Assembly: GCF_000789235.1 (NCBI RefSeq)
Contig: NZ_KN525716.1
Span: forward strand, 1,371,674 to 1,403,673
Direction of reading: 5' to 3'
Source: Wocania ichthyoenteri Th78
GTDB lineage: Bacteria > Bacteroidota > Bacteroidia > Flavobacteriales > Flavobacteriaceae
DNA length: 32,000 nucleotides
In this document: one piece after another, positions 25,482 through 31,682 of the stretch
How positions within the stretch are numbered: the first letter of the stretch is position 1
Layout: every line of letters begins with the position of its first letter
Notes under the pieces: generated by a model
Databases searched by the model: none
What the model saw: only the letters and a program-made list of their open reading frames with translations
What the model was told of the DNA's origin: nothing
Translations under genes and position numbers: made by a program

Positions 25482-26957
25482 TTAGAGAGTTGTTGTAGTT
25501 TCCATTGATTTCGCTCGTTTTTCAATAGTTTCAATCATGGATTTTAAGTAATTATTTTTAGGTCTTAATTCTAGAGCTAGAATACAATTTTCTTTGGAGA
25601 GATTTAGTTGATTGTCTATTAAATATGCTTCAGCTAAACTTGCATAGCAATTTGATGATTTTGGGTTTTCTTTAATATTCAACTTAAATACTTTTATAGC
25701 TTTTTTAATATTGTTCTTTTGCAGAAGAAGATAGCCAACAGCATTTAAGGTATTTTCAAATGAATAAGAGGATTTCTTATCTGATTCTTGTTCAGGATTA
25801 TTAGCTTTTACATTAAAGTAATTTTTAATAGCATCTTCATCATTTTTCAACAAAAAACAAGATATAATCTCATGTTGAACGTTTGCTTTGTGATACACTA
25901 ATTTAGAGTCAACAATACCAGCTACATGATTTATTATATCGTTATGAGGAGAAAAATATTTATACCCATTTGTTAAAACGATAATGGTAAGATTGTTATT
26001 AATAAACTTTCTAAAACCTGTTTGAGAACCACCTGTAAAACCATATGACACATTGTTGTTTAAAGAGTAAGTATGCCATCCATGAAGAAATTCATCAGTT
26101 TTATTATTAAATTTAAAAGGCTCCCACATTTTGTGTTTTAATTCGTTTCCTAATAAATGATTGTTATCCAAACGAGCATTCCATTCAACGAGTTCTTTTA
26201 AAGTAATGTTCATGCCATTGGCAGCATGGTATCTTCTTCCTCCATACACTTTAGAAATATTATATTCACCTTTCTCATTATTAAACTCATGACGACTAGC
26301 TCTGTTTAAAAATTCATCGCTTAGGTCTGATGAAAAGATAATATTACTTGAATCTTTTTGAAATTGGTTTGTAATAATAAAGTCCTCGAAAGACTGACTT
26401 GTTATTTTTTCAATAATTTTTGCTAGCAACCAATAATTTGTTTGATTGTATTCAAACTGATTGCCTGTATCAAAATGTAAACTTTCATTAATTAGTTTCG
26501 ACCAAATATCAGTATCAGAAATAGTTCCTTCTTTTACATAAAAATCTGGTAAACCAGAAGAATGTGTTAATAAGTGTTCTACTTTAATAGTTTGCCAGCT
26601 TTCAGGTAAATTACTAATGTATTTGGAAATCACATCCTCTAAAGATATTTTATGTTGCTCAATGAGCTGAAAAATAGCAGTACTTACAGCCAACTTGGTA
26701 ATGGAATAAACAGGAAAAAGGGTGTTTTTAGTTACAAGGGTGTTCTTTTCTAAATCGGCTTTTCCAAAGTATTCTTCATAAATTAAATTCCCATCTTTAA
26801 TAACAGCTAGTGCTATACCTGGAATTTCTTGTATTTGTATTTGCTCTTTAATATATGTTGTAATTTCATTATTTAAATTGTTTTCAGTTACATCTTTTTT
26901 ACAACCAAAAATTGTAAAAAGTAAGAGTAAAGTTGTAGTTGCTATAATTCTGTTCAT
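25482..26957 (-). CDS. Serine hydrolase of the beta-lactamase/PBP4-like (class C-like) family with C-terminal TPR-like extension, lipoprotein
   Basis: 491 aa with a lipoprotein signal (LLFTIFGC). The SxxK active-site motif is present (FPVYSITKLAV), and HSSGLPDF lies downstream. The C-terminal ~110 aa are helical-repeat-like. Confidence 0.75.
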   Translation of the reverse strand: MNRIIATTTLLLLFTIFGCKKDVTENNLNNEITTYIKEQIQIQEIPGIALAVIKDGNLIYEEYFGKADLEKNTLVTKNTLFPVYSITKLAVSTAIFQLIEQHKISLEDVISKYISNLPESWQTIKVEHLLTHSSGLPDFYVKEGTISDTDIWSKLINESLHFDTGNQFEYNQTNYWLLAKIIEKITSQSFEDFIITNQFQKDSSNIIFSSDLSDEFLNRASRHEFNNEKGEYNISKVYGGRRYHAANGMNITLKELVEWNARLDNNHLLGNELKHKMWEPFKFNNKTDEFLHGWHTYSLNNNVSYGFTGGSQTGFRKFINNNLTIIVLTNGYKYFSPHNDIINHVAGIVDSKLVYHKANVQHEIISCFLLKNDEDAIKNYFNVKANNPEQESDKKSSYSFENTLNAVGYLLLQKNNIKKAIKVFKLNIKENPKSSNCYASLAEAYLIDNQLNLSKENCILALELRPKNNYLKSMIETIEKRAKSMETTTTL

Positions 26958-27054
26958 TGATTTTTTTAGATTGATATACTACATAGACATTTTTTGTACT
27001 TCAATGTTACATAATAATTTATTGTGCTTAATGTTTTATGAGTGGTATTATATA

Positions 27055-27594
27055 TTAATTTGCACAGTTATCACCACATTTTTTATTTTTTTTATAATCC
27101 ATTATAGCACCTTTCCCTCCTTGTGTAATAGTACAACAATCTGATATTAATTTTTTTAATTTCACTCTGCCTCTTTGTATTTTAGATCGGACGGTTGTAT
27201 AATTTAAATTAAGTTTTTCGGCTATTTCTTTTTGTGAGAAATTTTCAATTTCCGATAAATTAATAATAGTGCGGTAATTTTCGGGTAATTGATTTACAAA
27301 TGGAGCAATACAATTGCTTAATTCATTAACTGTGTTTTTTTCTGATAATTCTTTTTGAAATTCGATAACCTCTATGTCTTCGGTAAACCGTTTTTTCTTT
27401 CGGTAATAATCTGTTATACTATTTTTTGCAATTGTGTACACCCAACTTTTAATATTTTTTACATTTTCATTTTTTGATGTGGATAGTTTGTAAAAAATTT
27501 CTTGAGTTAAATCTTCAGCATCTAATTGATTATTAATTCTTTTCCTGACATAAAGGAATAGAGGTTTATATAGTTGTTCTATTTGTTTTTCCAT
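27055..27594 (-). CDS. ECF-type sigma-70 family factor with Cys-rich C-terminal extension (SigZ/CorE-like layout)
   Basis: 179 aa. Region 2 reads DAEDLTQEIFYKL...WVYTIAKNSITDYYRKKKR. Region 4 reads LPENYRTIINLSEIENFSQKEIAEKLNLNYTTVRSKIQRGRVKLKKL. The tail SDCCTITQGGKGAIMDYKKNKKCGDNCAN contains CC and CxxxC. The start overlaps the MFS gene end by 29 nt. No anti-sigma gene is adjacent. Confidence 0.85.
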   Translation of the reverse strand: MEKQIEQLYKPLFLYVRKRINNQLDAEDLTQEIFYKLSTSKNENVKNIKSWVYTIAKNSITDYYRKKKRFTEDIEVIEFQKELSEKNTVNELSNCIAPFVNQLPENYRTIINLSEIENFSQKEIAEKLNLNYTTVRSKIQRGRVKLKKLISDCCTITQGGKGAIMDYKKNKKCGDNCAN

Positions 27595-28750
27595 TTTGAA
27601 TAATAAAATTAATAAATAAAGCAGTAATAAGAATTGTAAGAGCTAAGAATAAATAGTATTGACCAATATATTCTATTAATACGATGCCTAAAAAAGCTCC
27701 AAGTCCAGCTCCTAAATCCCACCAAGTGCTTACACTTGAAATAATTTGCAATGAATTATCGCTTTTTGTTTGCTGCTCAATTGCAATTAAAGGTGAAAAG
27801 GTAACTACTATAGCATTAGCCATAAAAGCAATAATAACACCCAATATAGTAAAGTTTATGGCGATTAAGAACATCGCTAGAATACATATAATTATTGAAA
27901 CACTAAACAATTTTAAGGACTCTATTTTTAAAGTAAGCATACCACTAATTAAAGATACACCAACCATTGCTATTCGTTTCAATAATAAGTAAGATGCTAC
28001 TAATATTAACAATTGTGGAGTGCTTATGGATGAATCGTTTAATAAGTTTGCAAGCACGACTACCAAAATACCGTCAATTGAAATTGCGAGAAAAGTAATT
28101 AATAAATTAAGTGTTGTAAACGAAAATGTTTGCTTAGTTTTTACCTTATTGGTTGGGGTGTGATTAAGATTAGATAAAGTGAAACTAAGAATTATAGCTA
28201 CTGAACTGATACTTGCTATAACAAATAATGTACTTTCAATACCAAAAGTGGAAATTAATATTGGACCAATGCATAACGCTACTAATGCTCCTAATGATTT
28301 AATACTTTGTGTTATTCCAAAAGTAAATCCAACATTGCTTTTTACTTTTGATGCATAATTCTGGGTTGAAATTTTTAAGCCAGAATAACTTAATCCCCAA
28401 ATAATTCTTGCCATAGCAAAGGTTATTAATCCTAATTTTAAGCCATAGACAAATGTGGTAATTACCGCAAAACAAGACGACCAAAGGAGTACCTTCTTCA
28501 TACCAATACTATTAATAATATTGGCAATCCAAGTGTTAGAGATTACTCTAACAAAGCGATTAATTGAGAGTAAAAAACCAACGCTTACTAGCGGAAGACC
28601 TAATCTTTCAGCATAAATTGGTAATACGGGATACAAAATAGCATCTCCAAGTCCTGCCAAAGCCATAATACCACTAGAAGTTAAAGCTCCCAAAAAATGG
28701 GAGCTTTTAGTAGTAGATATATCAATTTTTAATTTTCTACTTAACAACAA
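27566..28750 (-). CDS. MFS transporter (about 12 TM helices)
   Basis: 394-aa hydrophobic ORF with MFS-like loop motifs (INRFVRVISNTW). The only start that keeps TM1 is TTG at 28750 or 28747. That start overlaps the stop of the 59-aa CC-peptide ORF by 10 nt in another frame. Confidence 0.75.
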   Translation of the reverse strand: MLLSRKLKIDISTTKSSHFLGALTSSGIMALAGLGDAILYPVLPIYAERLGLPLVSVGFLLSINRFVRVISNTWIANIINSIGMKKVLLWSSCFAVITTFVYGLKLGLITFAMARIIWGLSYSGLKISTQNYASKVKSNVGFTFGITQSIKSLGALVALCIGPILISTFGIESTLFVIASISSVAIILSFTLSNLNHTPTNKVKTKQTFSFTTLNLLITFLAISIDGILVVVLANLLNDSSISTPQLLILVASYLLLKRIAMVGVSLISGMLTLKIESLKLFSVSIIICILAMFLIAINFTILGVIIAFMANAIVVTFSPLIAIEQQTKSDNSLQIISSVSTWWDLGAGLGAFLGIVLIEYIGQYYLFLALTILITALFINFIIQNGKTNRTTI

Positions 28751-28920
28751 CCTGTTTTTTCAGAATTCACTTCTTTAGATTCTGTTTTATCACAACAAGA
28801 GGAACCGTCTTCTGGTTGTTCACAACATGGTGTGTTTTGCTCTTTCACACTCGCAGTTGGTGTACAACATCCCGAGCTTTGTGTTGTTGTTTCTTCGGTA
28901 TTTAACTTACTTGTTTTCAT
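28741..28920 (-). CDS. Small Cys-pair-rich protein (59 aa, four CC doublets), absent from the supplied ORF track
   Basis: Hand translation of the minus strand gives MKTSKLNTEETTTQSSGCCTPTASVKEQNTPCCEQPEDGSSCCDKTESKEVNSEKTGCC*. The ATG is at 28920-28918 and an in-frame TAA lies 6 nt upstream. It sits 23 nt downstream of the 36-nt conserved ECF-type promoter block. The stop overlaps the MFS start. It is polar and acidic, with no TM segment or signal peptide. Confidence 0.65.
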   Translation of the reverse strand: MKTSKLNTEETTTQSSGCCTPTASVKEQNTPCCEQPEDGSSCCDKTESKEVNSEKTGCC

Positions 28921-28943
28921 AATTTAAATTTTTATAATTATAA

Positions 28944-28979
28944 TCACTTACTAAGACGAATAGTTGAAAAAATGATGCA
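28944..28979 (-). promoter_or_regulatory. ECF-type promoter copy A: TGCATC-N15-CGTCTTA-N3-AGTGA, upstream of the CC-peptide/MFS/sigma operon
   Basis: Minus-strand read: TGCATCATTTTTTCAACTATTCGTCTTAGTAAGTGA. It is identical to copy B at 29 of 36 positions with identical spacing. The -35-like element is at 28979-28974 and the -10-like CGTCTTA at 28958-28952. It begins 9 nt after the PIG-L stop codon. Confidence 0.65.
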
Positions 28980-28987
28980 TAAAATTC

Positions 28988-29710
28988 CTAAAGAATTAGA
29001 TTATCGGTTATTTTCTTTAGTGGGGGATAGTGATCTTCAAAAGCAATTTCAAAATGAACCTTATTTCCTATTTTTTCAATAACCCCTGTTTTTTCTACCA
29101 TTTCTTGATAGGTTTCGTAACACAGTAACGATTCTCTCATGGCAATAACATTATTCTTATTTAATGGTGTAATTACATCAATTAACTCACTCTCAGATAG
29201 TTTTAATCTTGGCCAACCATCTTTCATAAATGAAGGTGCTCCATTGTCTGGCATTGTAAAAAAAGCTAACCTTTTTAAATATTTTGCGCCATTATCTTTC
29301 ATTTCAAGAAACACTCTTTTTACTACAGCATAAGTAACTAAATGGTCGTGAAAACCACTACCTCCATGAACAGGATAGGTTATTACTATGTTGGGTTGTA
29401 TTCGTTCAATTTCTTTTTGAACGTCTCTTTCTATTATTCTTGGATCAAGTTCTTTTAACCGACTATCTGGGTAGTCTAATAGTGTAAATCCTGAAAAATG
29501 GAGTACTTTTTTTACATCAAGCATCTCGTTATGGCGGATGATTCCCATTTCCTCTATACTTAGATTTAGCTTATGCCTAACCTGGGTTGCGCCTCCTTTA
29601 GTTAGGGTGAGTAAATAAACGTCATTGCCATCATTTACTTGTTGATTTATTGCTCCAGCAGGCCCGAATGATTCATCATCGGGATGTGGAAATACATATA
29701 ATATTTTCAT
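28988..29710 (-). CDS. PIG-L/LmbE-family N-acetylglucosaminyl deacetylase or amidase (BshB/Bca-like)
   Basis: 240 aa with the N-terminal family hallmark MKILYVFPHPDDESFGPAG (the zinc-binding HPDDE motif) and a downstream HHDH-type region (GSGFHDHLVTY). It starts 17 nt after the flavoprotein gene on the same strand. Confidence 0.8.
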   Translation of the reverse strand: MKILYVFPHPDDESFGPAGAINQQVNDGNDVYLLTLTKGGATQVRHKLNLSIEEMGIIRHNEMLDVKKVLHFSGFTLLDYPDSRLKELDPRIIERDVQKEIERIQPNIVITYPVHGGSGFHDHLVTYAVVKRVFLEMKDNGAKYLKRLAFFTMPDNGAPSFMKDGWPRLKLSESELIDVITPLNKNNVIAMRESLLCYETYQEMVEKTGVIEKIGNKVHFEIAFEDHYPPLKKITDNLIL

Positions 29711-29727
29711 TTTTTTTCATTTTTAAT

Positions 29728-31005
29728 TTAACAACAACTTCCTTCACTCACGCTATCCGAGCTACAGACCCCTGTTTCTGGTAAGTTTAATTCTACTCTT
29801 TTTGCAGATTCAAAATCTCCATCTAAGTATGCCACAACGGATCGTACTTGCTCATACCCCGTAGCCATCAAAAATGTGGGAGCTCTTCCATAACTTTTAG
29901 AGCCAACTATGTAAAAGTCTTTTTCTGGATGTCTTAATTCTTTTTCACCGTGAGGACGTACTGTTCCACAGCTATGTGTATTGGGATCAATTAGTTCGGC
30001 TAAGTCAAAAACAGACTCCAATGAAGCGTCTAAATCGATTCTTACTTCACGGATCATATCTAAGTTAGGTCGCGAACCTGTATTGCTAATTATTTCATCA
30101 ATATTGGATATGGTCTCATTTTCTCCATTTAGCTCTCCATCTATTTGGATTCCATTTTTATTCACTGTTAATTTTAGAATATGAAAGTGCGTATAAACAT
30201 TCAATTTTTTACCATTTATCAATCCTTCAAGGCGTGCACCCAAAGCACCTCTTGCCTCGAATGCGTCATCTTCTTTTCCTCCATAAACAACTGAAAGATC
30301 TTTTTTTCGTAATACCCAGTTTATTTGTGTATTGGAATATTTCTTTTGAATATCTGCCAAGTCCAGTAAAACATTCATAGCAGAGTGTCCTCCTCCAACA
30401 ACCAGAATATTTTTATTCTTATAACGATTTAATAGATCTCCTTTAATATTAGGAATACCATAGAAAATATTATTTTTAATCTCTTGTTCTCCTTCTGCAA
30501 AGACTCCTCCAGATCCGATAGGATTGGGCTGATTCCAAGTGCCAGAGGAGTCAATTATGGCTTTTGCCTCATAATATTTCGTCTGATTGTTTTCAATTAC
30601 TTTAATTATAAACGGTTTGTTTTCTCTATTGGCTGTTTTCATTTTATCCAATCCTTTTCTTCCGATAGATACTACTTCTGTATTTAAATGTATATAGGGT
30701 TGAATTTGTGGATGTTGTGAAAGTGGATGGAAGTATTTATCTACCAATTCTTTTCCGGTTGGTAGACCTTCTTTATTGGGGATTTCCCAATTTGTTTGTA
30801 AAAGTAATTCTTCAGCAATTTTATCAATATTATATTTCCAAGGTGAAAATACTTTTATATGTTGCCAAGACAAGATATTTTGCCCAACGGAACTTCCTAA
30901 TTCAAACAAAATAAAAGGAATTTTTCTTTTGGCTAGGTGGGCTGCGGCAACCAGACCTATAGATCCACCACCAATAATAGCAATAGGTAATTTATTAATT
31001 TGCAT
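29728..31005 (-). CDS. Two-dinucleotide-binding-domain flavoprotein (FAD/NAD(P)H oxidoreductase, CzcO/ArsO/FMO-like) with C-terminal Cys-Cys tail
   Basis: 425 aa. FAD GxGxxG motif at IAIIGGGSIGLVAAAHL and a second Rossmann motif at ILVVGGGHSAMNVLLDL. The C-terminus reads ...LPETGVCSSDSVSEGSCC*. There is no CxxxxC next to the FAD motif. Confidence 0.7.
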   Translation of the reverse strand: MQINKLPIAIIGGGSIGLVAAAHLAKRKIPFILFELGSSVGQNILSWQHIKVFSPWKYNIDKIAEELLLQTNWEIPNKEGLPTGKELVDKYFHPLSQHPQIQPYIHLNTEVVSIGRKGLDKMKTANRENKPFIIKVIENNQTKYYEAKAIIDSSGTWNQPNPIGSGGVFAEGEQEIKNNIFYGIPNIKGDLLNRYKNKNILVVGGGHSAMNVLLDLADIQKKYSNTQINWVLRKKDLSVVYGGKEDDAFEARGALGARLEGLINGKKLNVYTHFHILKLTVNKNGIQIDGELNGENETISNIDEIISNTGSRPNLDMIREVRIDLDASLESVFDLAELIDPNTHSCGTVRPHGEKELRHPEKDFYIVGSKSYGRAPTFLMATGYEQVRSVVAYLDGDFESAKRVELNLPETGVCSSDSVSEGSCC

Positions 31006-31021
31006 TTGTTGTTGTTTTGAT

Positions 31022-31057
31022 TCACTCCATAAGACGAGTATTTCAAAAAAAGATGCA
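31022..31057 (-). promoter_or_regulatory. ECF-type promoter copy B: TGCATC-N15-CGTCTTA-N3-AGTGA, upstream of the flavoprotein/PIG-L operon
   Basis: Minus-strand read: TGCATCTTTTTTTGAAATACTCGTCTTATGGAGTGA. The -35-like element is at 31057-31052 and the -10-like element at 31036-31030. The block ends 16 nt upstream of the ATG at 31005. Confidence 0.65.
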
Positions 31058-31114
31058 GAATTTCGATAATATTCTTTTTACCTATAAATCAAGTAATTAT
31101 ATAGTACCTTTGTT

Positions 31115-31600
31115 CTAGTACATTTTTTCTTTAATTTGTTTTATGTGTTCCCACTCATGATGCGCCTTCATTTTAATCATTTGAGTTATTGTTACAGGAG
31201 AGAATTTACCATAATACCTAATTTCGTGCTTTATATTTAACTGATCAGTATCTTTGTTTTCGCGAATCATATTTATTATTTCCTCATTAATTTGTTCAAT
31301 TATGTTTATCAACTCCCAAAGGTCAGAACTCTGATACTTTTCTACATTTTTATCATTAAAATCCGTCCAGTTATTTTTTGAACTTATATGCCATGGAAAA
31401 GTTTGGTCTTTTGTTTTTAATAGGAATTTTATTTCATCTCTAAATTGTTCCGCCCACCCAATTAAATGAGCGACTGTTTCATTCAAATTCCAACAACTTG
31501 TTATCATGATTTTTTTAGATGCTGTGCCATTCAAGTTGATTGTGATTTTTTTGAGACTTTGAAGTGGTAAATTCAGGTGGTTAATACTTTCTTCAATCAT
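31115..31600 (-). CDS. DinB-family (DinB_2/YfiT-like) four-helix-bundle metalloprotein
   Basis: 161 aa with a His-triad pattern typical of the DinB superfamily (ETVAHLIGWAEQF ... MKAHHEWEHIKQI). Confidence 0.65.
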   Translation of the reverse strand: MIEESINHLNLPLQSLKKITINLNGTASKKIMITSCWNLNETVAHLIGWAEQFRDEIKFLLKTKDQTFPWHISSKNNWTDFNDKNVEKYQSSDLWELINIIEQINEEIINMIRENKDTDQLNIKHEIRYYGKFSPVTITQMIKMKAHHEWEHIKQIKEKMY

Positions 31601-31682
31601 TATTTCAATTTATTAAAATTATTTGTACATCATTTTAATTAAATTCCCTCTTAATGGGGAAAACCAAAGGAGAGAGTTATGT

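Noticed and set aside
31626-31653. A third, degenerate copy of the ECF-type promoter on the opposite (plus) strand: TACATC-N15-CCTCTTA.
   Set aside because: It has mismatches in both core elements, including the G of CGTC. It points away from the DinB gene and into the antisense of the VOC pseudogene. It is followed only by a 31-codon ORF that starts immediately after the -10-like element. In this AT-rich spacer it is most likely chance similarity.
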